Below, one piece after another: positions 1 through 10,075 of a DNA stretch of 64,000 nt. The stretch covers positions 2,813-66,812 of the forward strand of contig JAFGCB010000024.1 in assembly GCA_016932855.1 (NCBI GenBank). Direction: 5' to 3'. The notes beneath the pieces were generated by a model that had not been told where the DNA came from, did not search any database, and worked only from the letters and a program-made list of their open reading frames with translations. Origin of the DNA: Candidatus Omnitrophota bacterium. Lineage in GTDB: Bacteria; Omnitrophota; Gorgyraeia; Duberdicusellales; Duberdicusellaceae. Both the position numbers and the translations under genes were made by a program. How positions within the stretch are numbered: the first letter of the stretch is position 1; each line of letters begins with the position of its first letter.

Positions 1-4
1 GAAT

Positions 5-610
5 TCAAAAATAAAAATTCGATTTTTTAAATAAAACTTGCCAGTCTTTGCGTTGGAAATCAGCTTTAGCGATAGAAGCACAGTTGTAATTAAGGAAAAG
101 ATATCGGGCAAGTTGTGAGATTGATTTGGCTTTTGTTTTTTTAAGACTGGTGTTATCGATCAGATAGTAGCAATCCTCATCTTTGAATACGCATATTGCA
201 TGACTTTTGAACAAGCGCAGCAAGGCCAGGACTTCAGGTTCAAATCCCAGCGCTTTTAAAACCGCTTTGTGCAGAAAAGCCAGATCTTCGCAGTCGCCAC
301 CTTTAGTTTTAAGAGTATCAATAGGGTCAGACCAGGAATCAGTTTTTTCATCGGCCCTGTATTTTAGGTTTTTGCTCAGCCAGCCTGCGTAGTCTCGGGG
401 CGTAATGATTTTATTAAAGGTAAGAAGGTGCATGATTTCCTCATCAAGGGGATCCGGCCGGGATATCAGCAAGCCTGCTTTTTCGAAGCGCTGCTGGCTT
501 ATGCGCATATTTACTCCTGAACCGGAAGTCTTTTCTCTGGCCGGCAAATGGTTTTGGAAAATCACCAGGCTTAAAATGATACAGCTAAACCAAACCTTAA
601 AACGCCTCAT
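5..610 (-). CDS. Secreted transglutaminase-like cysteine protease (BTLCP/LapG-like)
   Basis: N-terminal signal-like segment; GGDCEDLA catalytic Cys motif followed by HA and D motifs (SHAICV, YLIDN). Confidence 0.65.
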   Translation of the reverse strand: MRRFKVWFSCIILSLVIFQNHLPAREKTSGSGVNMRISQQRFEKAGLLISRPDPLDEEIMHLLTFNKIITPRDYAGWLSKNLKYRADEKTDSWSDPIDTLKTKGGDCEDLAFLHKAVLKALGFEPEVLALLRLFKSHAICVFKDEDCYYLIDNTSLKKTKAKSISQLARYLFLNYNCASIAKADFQRKDWQVLFKKSNFYF

Positions 611-616
611 TACTTT

Positions 617-1087
617 TTAACCTTTTAAGTGCTTTTTAATCTCGCGCCGGGCTTCGCGTTTTGTGTATTCTTCTTTTATTTTCCGGCGCTTATCATAGAG
701 AAGTTTTCCTTTTGCCAAGGCGATCTCGATTTTTACAAATCCCCTTTCGTTAAAATATACCTTAAGAGGAATAAGGGTATAGCCTCTTTGCGAAGTCAGG
801 CCCCACAAGCGGTCGATCTCTTTTTTGTGGAGCAGAAGCTTCCGGGGCCTTCGGGGATCGCTTTTAAAGTAGGATGATTTGATGAATTCCGGTATGTGCA
901 TATTGTAGAGTATTGCCTGGCCGTTTTCAACCCGGGCGTAACTTTCCTCGATGCTGCCTCTTGACCAGCGCAGGGATTTTACTTCATCCCCTTTTAAGGC
1001 TATCCCGGCTTCATAAGCGTCGAAGATTTCGTAATTTTTTCTGGCTTTGCGGTTTGTCGCGATTACCTTACTTTCTTTTTTAGTCAT
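617..1087 (-). CDS. smpB: SsrA-binding protein SmpB
   Basis: IATNRKARKNY, EAGIALKGDEVKSLR, RKLLLHKKEI, YDKR motifs. Confidence 0.97.
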   Translation of the reverse strand: MTKKESKVIATNRKARKNYEIFDAYEAGIALKGDEVKSLRWSRGSIEESYARVENGQAILYNMHIPEFIKSSYFKSDPRRPRKLLLHKKEIDRLWGLTSQRGYTLIPLKVYFNERGFVKIEIALAKGKLLYDKRRKIKEEYTKREARREIKKHLKG

Positions 1088-1144
1088 TTAAAGCTTTTGG
1101 TCTTAAGTCTTTTTTAAGGGTTTATAATCGAAGGTTTAATAAGC

Positions 1145-2104
1145 TTAAAACGCGATTCGAGAAAAAACCCGTATCCAGAAAGGTACGGTTATAAGCGAAA
1201 ATACATGAGTAAAGAATACAATTTGAGAAGCATAACCGAAGTCAGCGCCTTTCCATTTCGTCACTATCGGCAATGACGCTGCCGAAGGCATCGCAGCTTC
1301 TAAAATAATAAAAAGCCCTAAAAGCCCTGCTATTTTTAAGTTTGCCACCAGGATTATAAAAATAAAGGGAACCGCGACGAGTTTAAGCGTTGATATAACC
1401 ACGGTATTTAATAGAAGTCTGTTATTTATCTGCGAAAAACCGGCCCTAGACAGACCCGCGCCCAATACCAGCATTGATAAGGCAAAGCTCATATGTCCTA
1501 TCATTTTCATGGGTGACAGCATAACTTCCGGCAGCATGCCGGCGGGGATGATTCTCCTGACCGCAAGAGCGATTATTATTGCCAGCACCGGCGGGTTCAG
1601 CAGAGATTTTAAGTCGAAGTTTTCGCTTTTCTTTTTAAATATAAAAAAGCTTCCCACTGACCACATAAGGATATTAAAGCCGAGAATATACAAGAATATG
1701 TATCCCAAGAGCTCATCTTTTTGCGGTGATGAAAACAGAAAATAAACTATGTTCATGGGAAGATATCCGCAGTTCTGAAAGGCTAAAAGGGCTATGGTTT
1801 CCTTGGAAAAGGATTTGTCTTTAACCAGCCACGTATAGAGTATCCCCAGGGTTAGCCCCACCAGAAAAATAACTATGCTTAATATAATAAATATCCATAC
1901 TGATGGGCCAGAGCTTAGTATGGGGTTTTCAACCAGATTAGTAAAAATTAAACAAGGGACGCATATTTTTATTAAAAAATCAGTCAGGAAATTGACCCCG
2001 GCCTCAGTAAGAGTTTTTTTTCGATATAGAAAGAAGCCAAGCCCGGCCAGGATAATAAGCTTGGTTATTATGGAATAAATATTGAGAAGCGATGCGTCGT
2101 GCAT
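1145..2104 (-). CDS. AEC family membrane transporter
   Basis: About 10 TM helices; PCLIF, NCGYLP, NPP and AAMPSA motifs. Confidence 0.85.
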   Translation of the reverse strand: MHDASLLNIYSIITKLIILAGLGFFLYRKKTLTEAGVNFLTDFLIKICVPCLIFTNLVENPILSSGPSVWIFIILSIVIFLVGLTLGILYTWLVKDKSFSKETIALLAFQNCGYLPMNIVYFLFSSPQKDELLGYIFLYILGFNILMWSVGSFFIFKKKSENFDLKSLLNPPVLAIIIALAVRRIIPAGMLPEVMLSPMKMIGHMSFALSMLVLGAGLSRAGFSQINNRLLLNTVVISTLKLVAVPFIFIILVANLKIAGLLGLFIILEAAMPSAASLPIVTKWKGADFGYASQIVFFTHVFSLITVPFWIRVFSRIAF

Positions 2105-2221
2105 TTCTTTTAATATTGAACCTAATTATATCAGAAAAGAGTTGATTTAAAAAGGCCAATTGATACAATAAATAAGCTAACCCTTGCTGGCAGCGGCGTT
2201 TTTTTTGGTCCCCTGAATAAA

Positions 2222-2305
2222 GCCGGGGTGGCGGAATTGGCAGACGCGCAGCGCTCAGAACGCTGTGGTCGAAAGGCCTTCGGGGTTCAAATCCCCGCTC
2301 CGGCA
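2222..2305 (+). tRNA. tRNA-Leu(CAG)
   Basis: GCCGGGG acceptor, GGCGGAATTGGCAGACGC D arm, CAGCG-CTCAGAA-CGCTG anticodon arm, long variable arm, GGGGTTCAAATCCCC T arm; CCA not encoded. Confidence 0.96.
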
Positions 2306-2340
2306 TTATTTTTCGAAGCAAGAATCCAATATTGAATTAG

Positions 2341-3327
2341 TTGAAGAATACAAGGCATTCAGCGCGATTTTACGGGCTTGTTTTGTTGTTATTTGTTTGT
2401 CTAGGCATATCTTGCTATTTTATCGATAATCCCAGGCCTGCTAGCGTTACTTCGGGAATCCCTTCTTCTTACCAACCTCCCACAGATAGCCAGATCATAG
2501 AAGACTTGCTCGAAAGTCCTTTAAAAGTATTTTTCCTGGAGATTTTAACCCTGCTTATTATTTTCGGGATTATAGCCGGATTGCTTATAGATTTTAAATT
2601 TGTCGTTGAAGTGGTGAAGGCAAAAACCTTGGGGTTTTCTGAAAAATTTCCCGGTTTTCCGGTTAACCTTTCGACTTTCCTGAAAGTTTCGCTCTTAATG
2701 GGTTTTTTTTACCTGGCTTTTAAGTTTGTTCAAATTTATCTAAATTACTTTTTTCCGTCCCGGGTACTTTCGATCGCAATCACATTTAACGGTCTTTTTG
2801 AAATCGCGTCGATTATTTGCATAGTTTCTTTTTTTGGAGAAAGAAATATCTTTTCAGGCAGAGTTTCGATTAACCTTTTTACATCGGCCCTCAGGACATA
2901 CATCGGAATTTTGCCTATTTTGCTGGGCGTTTTGCTTTTAAATATTTTGATATTTAGATTTTTTAAGATTGAGCCCGAGTATATGCAGCCGGTCAAGATA
3001 ATTTTTCAAGAGAAGAGCCTTTTTAACGTTGCGCTTTTATTGCTGGAAGGAGCGATCTTCGCTCCTCTATTTGAGGAGCTCTTTTTCAGAGGTTTGTTTT
3101 ACGGCCTTTTAAGGAACAGATTTTCAATTGGTTTTTCCGCGTTGGCAAGCGGGTTATTCTTTTCTTTACTTCACCAAAACGCTTTTGCTTTTCTGCCTAT
3201 ATTTATTCTAGGCTTAAGTTTTGCTTTTCTGTATGAACGGACAAAGAATATATTCGTTCCGATTTTACTCCATGCCTTTCACAATTCTTTTATCCTCGTG
3301 CTTATTTTCATCATAAAGCCCTGGTAA
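2341..3327 (+). CDS. CPBP family intramembrane metalloprotease
   Basis: APLFEELFFRG, FSLLH and HAFHN motifs in a multi-TM protein. Confidence 0.9.
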   Translation: MKNTRHSARFYGLVLLLFVCLGISCYFIDNPRPASVTSGIPSSYQPPTDSQIIEDLLESPLKVFFLEILTLLIIFGIIAGLLIDFKFVVEVVKAKTLGFSEKFPGFPVNLSTFLKVSLLMGFFYLAFKFVQIYLNYFFPSRVLSIAITFNGLFEIASIICIVSFFGERNIFSGRVSINLFTSALRTYIGILPILLGVLLLNILIFRFFKIEPEYMQPVKIIFQEKSLFNVALLLLEGAIFAPLFEELFFRGLFYGLLRNRFSIGFSALASGLFFSLLHQNAFAFLPIFILGLSFAFLYERTKNIFVPILLHAFHNSFILVLIFIIKPW

Positions 3328-3355
3328 CCTCCAGGAATTAAAAGTCGCAAGTCTT

Positions 3356-3392
3356 GCTTGCCCCGTGGCGTAGCTTTACGGGGCTTGCCCCT
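3356..3392. repeat. REP-like palindrome (cttgccccgt...acgggg-cttgcccc) between convergent genes
   Basis: ccccgt/acgggg stem with repeated gcttgcccc; may also act as a terminator. Confidence 0.4.
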
Positions 3393-3440
3393 TGACGAGC
3401 GTCAGGGAGTTTTGCGGGGAGCTTTTGGTTTTAAGTCTGA

Positions 3441-4244
3441 TTAATCGTTTATTATATCCTGAAATTCCAAAGGCAGGCCCAGTAATTGTTTTATTGATCG
3501 TATCCTCTGAGATATGTAGGGGTGGGTGCGGAAATAGGATATGGGACGGGGTTTTTCCTCCCGGTTTTTTTCCCGTAGCTTATTTAAAACGTTGATTCCT
3601 TCTTTGGGATCAAAACCGGCCTTTTCAGTGTATTTGACAGCTAATTCGTCAGCCAGAAGTTCGTCTTCCTGCGAATATTCGCTCATTATCGTGGCGAATA
3701 TCAAATCTACTCCCTGGGCTCCGGAGATATTCCCTGATGACGGCACCTGGGAAGCGGCGAGAAGAAGAAAGTTGTATCCCAGAGCCGCTTGCAGCTTTTT
3801 TATATGATGTCTGGCGACTATATGTCCGATTTCATGAGCCAAGACAAAAGCTATCTGGTCGTCATTATCAAGCATATCCAGAAGACCCCTGTAGACATAG
3901 ATATAACCTCCGGGCAGGCTGGCGGCATTTATTTCATCCTTTTCGTCGATCACTCCGAAATAATAATTTATTTCTTTTCGGTCACAGACATCAGAGACCA
4001 TGCGCCCGATCTCAAAAATTTTATTTGTTATCCGAGGGTCTTTAAATATAGGCAGTTTATTTTCGACTGATTTGGATACGTTACGGCCGAGATTTACCTC
4101 TTTTTCGGTAGAATAGAAGAATATATCTTGCTGGTGAGTCGCGGTGTTGTATTCAGTGGTGATGCAGCCATAAAGGCCGAGGCCACAAAGCATTAAAATA
4201 AAAATGGTCCGGGAAGGTATGATTTTATTATTCGGTAAATTCAC
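3441..4244 (-). CDS. M48 family zinc metallopeptidase, lipoprotein
   Basis: Lipobox LYGC; INAASLPGG, HEIGH, ELLAD and THP motifs. Confidence 0.92.
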   Translation of the reverse strand: MNLPNNKIIPSRTIFILMLCGLGLYGCITTEYNTATHQQDIFFYSTEKEVNLGRNVSKSVENKLPIFKDPRITNKIFEIGRMVSDVCDRKEINYYFGVIDEKDEINAASLPGGYIYVYRGLLDMLDNDDQIAFVLAHEIGHIVARHHIKKLQAALGYNFLLLAASQVPSSGNISGAQGVDLIFATIMSEYSQEDELLADELAVKYTEKAGFDPKEGINVLNKLREKNREEKPRPISYFRTHPYISQRIRSIKQLLGLPLEFQDIIND

Positions 4245-4779
4245 GAAGTTTGAACAGGGATTGTAGCGGGCAGCCGTAGCCGGAAAGTGCTTCCCCGGCG
4301 CCCTCTTCTCTGTCTACGACCACAAAGGCTTTTGTAACGTTTATTTTTAAGGTGCGCAGTTTCTGGATTGCTTCAACCAGGGATTTGCCGGTCGTGGCGA
4401 CATCGTCGATTATAATAACTTTTGAGTTCTTGGGTATGTTTGGGCCTTCAATTATTTTAGCCCGGCCGTGTTTTTTGGCTGATTTTCTAACAATAAATGT
4501 CTTAAGGCATTTCCGCTTAATGTGAGCGTGGTAGGCCAGGCTGGAAAGTATGGGATCAGCCCCTAAAGTCGGACCCCCGACAGCGGAAAATTTCTCTTTT
4601 TCAAGTTCTTTCCAGAGAAGGTTCGCGATTAAAAACGCGCCTTTGCTTTTAAGGCTTATTTTGCGCACGTCGACATAGAAGCTGCTTATTTTACCTGAGG
4701 AAAGAAGTATGCGTTTTTTAAAGAAAGCTTCGTTATATATAAGCTTAAATAAATCTCTTCGCAAATCTTTTTCATTCAT
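4228..4779 (-). CDS. pyrE: Orotate phosphoribosyltransferase
   Basis: LSSGKISSFYVD, VRKSAKKHG, IIDDVATTGKS. Confidence 0.95.
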   Translation of the reverse strand: MNEKDLRRDLFKLIYNEAFFKKRILLSSGKISSFYVDVRKISLKSKGAFLIANLLWKELEKEKFSAVGGPTLGADPILSSLAYHAHIKRKCLKTFIVRKSAKKHGRAKIIEGPNIPKNSKVIIIDDVATTGKSLVEAIQKLRTLKINVTKAFVVVDREEGAGEALSGYGCPLQSLFKLREFTE

Positions 4780-4787
4780 AGCCGCCT

Positions 4788-4816
4788 ATTGTAACGCGTC
4801 TTTGAGCCGAAGTCAA
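4788..4816 (-). promoter_or_regulatory. Sigma70-type promoter for pyrE (TTGACT-N17-TACAAT)
   Basis: Near-consensus hexamers with a 17-bp spacer, 8 nt upstream of the ATG. Confidence 0.6.
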
Positions 4817-4896
4817 TCGTCGACTTGTCGTGGCTTTACGGCACGCAAGTAGCGACAAAAAGGTTTACAACAGCGGCTTTCATGTTAAAATAGTCT

Positions 4897-5640
4897 GTGA
4901 TTTTCACTGAGTACGCGAAAGGGTTGTTGGATGTCTTGATTCCCAGGGCTTGTCTTCGTTGCGGAGTTAAACTTATTAAAAAGTCCGCTCTTTGTGATAA
5001 TTGCTTGAGCTTTAAAAGGAATTTTCCCCCTTTTTGTCCAAGGTGCGGTCAGGGTATATCCGCGGGATTTAAGACAAAGACCTGTCCGCGCTGTTTGCGA
5101 ACAAAATTTTATTTTGACCGGAATTTAAGCCCCTTTTTATTTGAAAGCCCTTTGACGGAGCTTATCCATTTATTCAAATATCAGGGCTTCGACAATTTAG
5201 GCCTTATTTTCTCGGAAAAATTAGCCCTTTTTATACGAAGTCTAAATTTAAGGCTTGATAATTACGATTTCATAACCAGCGTTCCTCTTCACCCTCGGAA
5301 GCTGCGGGAACGCGAATACAATCAGAGCAGAATTTTAGCCGAAAATATAGGTTTAAAATTCGGGTTACAATTTTTTCAGGCATTAGGCGTAAAGAGATAT
5401 TTGAAAAGCCAGGTGACCAGGACTTATCGGCAGAGGCAAACCGAGCTCAAAGATAATTTTTATCTAAAGGCAGATGTTTCAGGAAAGCGGCTTGTCCTGG
5501 TGGACGATGTTTTTACAACCGGAGCAACGGTTTCGGAATCCGCCAAAGTCTTAAAGGAAAATGGCGCCTCGGAGGTTTTAGTTTTAACTCTGGCTATTAG
5601 AAAGCCTCAGTATCAAAAAAGCGATGAGAATAATACGTAA
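4897..5640 (+). CDS. comF: ComF family protein (double zinc ribbon + PRTase)
   Basis: Multiple CxxC pairs, VPLH..REYNQS, LVDDVFTTGAT. Confidence 0.9.
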   Translation: MIFTEYAKGLLDVLIPRACLRCGVKLIKKSALCDNCLSFKRNFPPFCPRCGQGISAGFKTKTCPRCLRTKFYFDRNLSPFLFESPLTELIHLFKYQGFDNLGLIFSEKLALFIRSLNLRLDNYDFITSVPLHPRKLREREYNQSRILAENIGLKFGLQFFQALGVKRYLKSQVTRTYRQRQTELKDNFYLKADVSGKRLVLVDDVFTTGATVSESAKVLKENGASEVLVLTLAIRKPQYQKSDENNT

Positions 5641-6694
5641 CTATTTTTTAAGCGAGTTTTTCAGTAACTTTTTCTTTTCTTTCCTGATTATTACCTTTTT
5701 TATGGTTTTGGGAAATTTAATGGTATTGCCCGACCTTATTATTCGTAAGGGTATAGGCGTAATCGCTGCCTTTCAGATTTTTATCTATCGCATGCCTTAT
5801 CTTCTTATCTATACTTTACCTTTATCGTGCCTATTGGGAGTGCTTTTGTCGATGGGCAGAATTTCCGCCGATAATGAAATAATAGCCCTTAAGGTGGCCG
5901 GAATTGCTTTTTCCCGGATTTTAGCGATGTTTTTTGTTGTGGGTCTTATTATTTCCTTATTTTTAATTGTTCTTAACGATTCTTTTATTCCTCGGGTCCA
6001 TTTTGCCTCCCGCAAGCTTTACAAGCAGGTAAGTAAAGAAAACCCTTTTATTTTCATTGAACCGGGCTCTTTTGTCGAGTTCAACGAATATAAACTTTTT
6101 GCCCAGGATATAGAGCGGAATTCTCTTAAGAAAGTCTTCATCTATGAGCTTAAGGAGGGTTCTTCTAATGTTATTTATGCTGATGAGGGTGATTTTGTGA
6201 TTGACGAGTCGCTCTTGAAGATAAAGCTTAAAGACGGATTTATCGAAGGACCGGGCATGAAATATCGAATACATTTTAAGAATCATTTTATGCATCTGCC
6301 TATTGAGAAGGAAGGTGCGAAGGCTTCCAAAAAGGCAAAGGATATGGGTATAAAAGAGATTAAAAGAAAGATTGAGCGCCTTGAACAGGAAGATATTGAT
6401 CCCCTTCCTCTTCGGGTGGAATTCCATAGGAAGATAAGCCTTTCGTTTTCAAGCGTGGTTTTTGTTCTTTTAGGATTTGGGATAGCCGGTATAGTTCGCC
6501 ACAGAGAGAAAAACATAAACATAGGTATTTGCATTTTGGTTGGCTTGCTGTACTATTTTCTGGCTGATGGTCTGGACGTGGGTAAACTCCTTGCATTTAA
6601 GGGAATAATGCCGGCATTCTTGTCGATGTGGACACCGAATATAGTATTTCTTGCTATCGGAGGTTATTTTTCGTATAAAATATGCGTATCATAG
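5624..6694 (+). CDS. lptF: LptF/LptG family permease (LptF-like)
   Basis: 3+3 TM layout with periplasmic domain; MGRISADNEIIALKVAGI, EFHRK, WTPN. Confidence 0.85.
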   Translation: MRIIRNYFLSEFFSNFFFSFLIITFFMVLGNLMVLPDLIIRKGIGVIAAFQIFIYRMPYLLIYTLPLSCLLGVLLSMGRISADNEIIALKVAGIAFSRILAMFFVVGLIISLFLIVLNDSFIPRVHFASRKLYKQVSKENPFIFIEPGSFVEFNEYKLFAQDIERNSLKKVFIYELKEGSSNVIYADEGDFVIDESLLKIKLKDGFIEGPGMKYRIHFKNHFMHLPIEKEGAKASKKAKDMGIKEIKRKIERLEQEDIDPLPLRVEFHRKISLSFSSVVFVLLGFGIAGIVRHREKNINIGICILVGLLYYFLADGLDVGKLLAFKGIMPAFLSMWTPNIVFLAIGGYFSYKICVS

Positions 6695-7770
6695 ACAGAT
6701 ATATATTTAAACAAGTTACCTCAGGTTATGTCCTGTTGCTTGTAGCCTTTTTATTCCTTTACGTAATTATCGACGCTTCTAGCCAGCTTCAGGACATACT
6801 TAAAGACAAAATACCTTTTTTAATAATCCTTAAATATTATCTTTTTTTTCTGCCCCAGATATTTATAGTAGTTTCGCCTTTTTCGTTTCTTCTTTCTTCC
6901 TTGTACTGCATAGGCGTGCTCAATAAAGACAATGAGATAATTTCTTTACGGACCCAGGGGATGAGCGTGCTCGGCATTGCCCAGGTGTTTATTGTCTTGG
7001 CTATTTTTTTAAGTTTTGTTTCTCTGTTTCTGGAAGACCAGATTATTCCCCAAAGCTACGGCCAGCTTAAGCAAATCCGCGGTTACAAAGAATTGAAGCT
7101 TAAAGAAGATGAAATCGTTGAAAAATTCGCGTTTTATTCCTCGGAAGGATATGTGGTATTTGCCCGGGATTTCAATCTTAGCCAGCGTACATTGAACAAT
7201 GTTAATGTTTTTGTTCAGGATGAAAAAGGCAATATCACCCATGAAATAATCGCCGAAAAATTAGTCTATCGCGCAGGATCCTGGAATTTTATAAATGCCT
7301 CCTTTTATATGCTTGTCGAAAATCGATTGATGCCCGGAAGCCCTAGTTTTATGGAAGAAAGAGAGCTGGATTTGTCGGATACCCCCCGGGAACTTTTTGA
7401 GAAATCTAATATGCGCTGGCAGGATTTATCTTTGAAGGATATCCAGAATCAAATTTCGAAATTAGCTGCTTGGAAAGCAAGAAAGATTATAAACTCCCTG
7501 CGGGTTGAATTTCACCGCAAGATCGCTTTAAGCTTCTCCACTTTTTTCATGCTTTTAGGAAGCCTTCCTTTCGCCTTGAAGATTAAAAAACGCCAGGTCG
7601 GCCTTTCAAGTCTGGGCCTTGCGTTTTTTACCGGTTTTTTGTACTACGTGATGTTTTCTTTAAGTTCGCCTTTAGGTAAAGTCGATTTTTTCTTTCCCTG
7701 GTTATCCTGCTGGCTTCCTAACGTATTCTTCGGTATTTCCGGTGCTGTAGGCCTTTACACTCTTACCTAA
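6682..7770 (+). CDS. lptG: LptF/LptG family permease (LptG-like)
   Basis: MRIIDRYI start, NEIISLRTQG, WLPN; paired with the LptF-like gene. Confidence 0.85.
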   Translation: MRIIDRYIFKQVTSGYVLLLVAFLFLYVIIDASSQLQDILKDKIPFLIILKYYLFFLPQIFIVVSPFSFLLSSLYCIGVLNKDNEIISLRTQGMSVLGIAQVFIVLAIFLSFVSLFLEDQIIPQSYGQLKQIRGYKELKLKEDEIVEKFAFYSSEGYVVFARDFNLSQRTLNNVNVFVQDEKGNITHEIIAEKLVYRAGSWNFINASFYMLVENRLMPGSPSFMEERELDLSDTPRELFEKSNMRWQDLSLKDIQNQISKLAAWKARKIINSLRVEFHRKIALSFSTFFMLLGSLPFALKIKKRQVGLSSLGLAFFTGFLYYVMFSLSSPLGKVDFFFPWLSCWLPNVFFGISGAVGLYTLT

Positions 7771-8876
7771 ACGTAAATTCTTTTTATATCGCTGGCAAGT
7801 CCGGTGAAGATTTCGTAAGGAATGGTTGCGGATTTCTCGGCAAGTTCCCGGGCAGTAATTTCTTCGCTTCCGCTTTTACCGATTAAAACGGCGGTGTCGC
7901 CGATATTTACATTACCCTTTAAGGGGCTTAAGTCTATAACTATGTGGTCCATGCACACCCGGCCTAAAACCCGGCAGCGCCTTTGTTTTATCAAGGCTTC
8001 GGCTTTTCCGGAAAGCCGCCAGGGATAACCATAAGCATAACCGCAGGCTAACACTCCTGCCAGGGTATCTTTTTTTGTTTTAAAAGTATTGGAGTAACTC
8101 ACAAAAGAATTTTTTGCTATTTTCTTAATGTGTATAATCCTTGATTTAAGACTAAGCGCAGGTTTTAGGTTTATTTTCAAGTGAGGGTCCGGCTTCGCGC
8201 CGTAAAGAAGCAGACCCGTTCTTACCATATTTAAGTGCGCATGCTTAAAGTTTACCAGGCCTGCGCTGTTGCAAAGATGCAAAATTGCAATAGGTATATT
8301 TTTTTGCTTAAGTCTTTCAATTAAGGCTTTAAATCTCTTTATTTGAAGATTAGTAAATTGCACGTTGCTTTCGGCTGATGAAAAATGCGAGTAGAGACCT
8401 TCGATCTTTATATTTTTAAGGCTGTATGCTTTTTCGATAAAAGATTGGGCCGTTTCGTATTTAAGCCCGAGCCGGCTCATTCCGGTATCCACCTTAATGT
8501 GTATTAAAGCTTTAATATTGCATTTTTTTGCGCTGTTGTTAAGGTGTTCAAGCAAGCTTTCCTCCATTACCGTAAAGCGCACTTTTTTCTTTATATAATA
8601 AGCCAGATTCTCGTAAAGAATAATATTGCTTAAGATTAATAAGGGAGTTGTAATTCCGGCTGCCAGCATTTTCCGAGCTTCGTTAAGGCTGTTAATTCCC
8701 AGGAAATCAACTTTTTCTTTTTCCAAAACTTCGGCTATCTTTATAAGTCCGTGGCCATAGGCGTTTTGTTTGATTACTCCCATTATCTTTGTTGAGGCCG
8801 GAATTTTTGCCCGCACACGTTTTAGGTTTTGCGAAATATTCTTCAAGCTTATCTCAATCCAGATATTATCATTCAT
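7767..8876 (-). CDS. alr: Alanine racemase
   Basis: VIKQNAYGHG, HIKVDTGMSRLG, GRVCMD, TIPYE. Confidence 0.97.
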   Translation of the reverse strand: MNDNIWIEISLKNISQNLKRVRAKIPASTKIMGVIKQNAYGHGLIKIAEVLEKEKVDFLGINSLNEARKMLAAGITTPLLILSNIILYENLAYYIKKKVRFTVMEESLLEHLNNSAKKCNIKALIHIKVDTGMSRLGLKYETAQSFIEKAYSLKNIKIEGLYSHFSSAESNVQFTNLQIKRFKALIERLKQKNIPIAILHLCNSAGLVNFKHAHLNMVRTGLLLYGAKPDPHLKINLKPALSLKSRIIHIKKIAKNSFVSYSNTFKTKKDTLAGVLACGYAYGYPWRLSGKAEALIKQRRCRVLGRVCMDHIVIDLSPLKGNVNIGDTAVLIGKSGSEEITARELAEKSATIPYEIFTGLASDIKRIYV

Positions 8877-8897
8877 GCGTTATGCCTTTAATTGAAG

Positions 8898-8931
8898 GAC
8901 GCTAATTTCCGCGAATTTAAAGACTAATTCG
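8898..8931. repeat. Solo arm of repeat family A (gacgctaatttccgcgaat)
   Basis: Nearly identical to the reverse complement of 16508-16548 and to the arms flanking the GxxExxY gene at 33125. Confidence 0.75.
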
Positions 8932-8934
8932 AGT

Positions 8935-9603
8935 TCAACGTTTTCTAATTTGACAGGTTTCAGGGTGTAAGTATAACGGTTCAAGCGCGCCGACATCAAT
9001 GAAATTTTTATTTGCGTATTCTTCCTCGCTTTTCGGCACAAGATTGGCGGCCGTGGGGTAGCTTAGACCTTCGGTTATATGAGCATCGGGATGTATTTTT
9101 TCTATCCCTTCTTTAAATTTTAGACTTTCCCCGCAGAAAATACAATCTTTATCCGTAAATTTTTTTAAGAATTCCTCTAAGGGCATGAGTTTAGGCTTTA
9201 CGCGGGCTTTAATCCTATTTTTTGTTTTTGTATAAACCGCCCCGTAGATTAGGGTTTTTTTTGCGTCAGTAATTATCACTGTTTTTTTACCCGGGCAGGA
9301 TATTTCCTGGGCAACGGCAATAAAGCTTGAAAGGCCGATTATCGGCTTTTTCAAAGCCGCGTGAAAGCCTTTGACAGTGCTGCAGGCGATTCTTAGGCCT
9401 GTAAACGAACCCGGTCCCAGCCCCACGGAAAAGGCATTGATTTCGTTGATATCCAAGCCGGCTTTATTTAAAAGTTTATCGGTGATCGGAATTATCTCTC
9501 TTGAGGCGTCAGAGGCGGCGGTATTTTCTTGAAATATTTTACCTTGTTTGCATAAAGCGATGCTCAGACTGGGAGTTGAGTTCTCTATGACTAGGATGTT
9601 CAT
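8935..9603 (-). CDS. tsaB: tRNA threonylcarbamoyladenosine biosynthesis protein TsaB
   Basis: GLGPGSFTGLRI, EPLYL. Confidence 0.95.
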   Translation of the reverse strand: MNILVIENSTPSLSIALCKQGKIFQENTAASDASREIIPITDKLLNKAGLDINEINAFSVGLGPGSFTGLRIACSTVKGFHAALKKPIIGLSSFIAVAQEISCPGKKTVIITDAKKTLIYGAVYTKTKNRIKARVKPKLMPLEEFLKKFTDKDCIFCGESLKFKEGIEKIHPDAHITEGLSYPTAANLVPKSEEEYANKNFIDVGALEPLYLHPETCQIRKR

Positions 9604-9613
9604 ATTATTTAGG

Positions 9614-10075
9614 TTAGGGTATCGGTTTTAGTTTAGATAATTTTTTCATTAGGCCGGCCGTATTGGCGCTTATGGTTATTTTTCTTGAAGTAAGAGATTT
9701 TAGCTCGATATGTATTTTAAAACAGGCCCCTTTGATTTCGATTTTATCAGCCCATTCGATTAAGACTAATCCTTTTTTATCTGAAATTAGTTCGAAAACT
9801 TCGTCGGGTATTTGTCTTGAGTTTAAGCGGTATAAGTCAACATGGTAAAGGGGAAGCCTGCCTCGATGTTCCTTAAGAATAACAAAGGAACTGCTGGTTA
9901 CTTCATCAGGCTTTATTGCGAAACTTTCGGCAATCCCTTTTATGAAAGTGGTTTTTCCCGCACCAAGCCTGCCCTGGAAGCCCACCACATCGCCCTTACT
10001 CAGGATTCGGGAGAATTTGCGGGCTAAGACCAGGGTTTGGCCCAGGTTCTTCGTTACAAACTTTTTCATAGACAA
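9614..10075 (-). CDS. tsaE: tRNA threonylcarbamoyladenosine biosynthesis ATPase TsaE
   Basis: GRLGAGKTT, HVDLYRL, IEWA; true start may be 10069. Confidence 0.95.
   Translation of the reverse strand: MSMKKFVTKNLGQTLVLARKFSRILSKGDVVGFQGRLGAGKTTFIKGIAESFAIKPDEVTSSSFVILKEHRGRLPLYHVDLYRLNSRQIPDEVFELISDKKGLVLIEWADKIEIKGACFKIHIELKSLTSRKITISANTAGLMKKLSKLKPIP

Noticed and set aside
2004-2321. 105-aa minus-strand ORF
   Set aside because: Antisense to tRNA-Leu and overlapping the AEC gene; a shadow ORF
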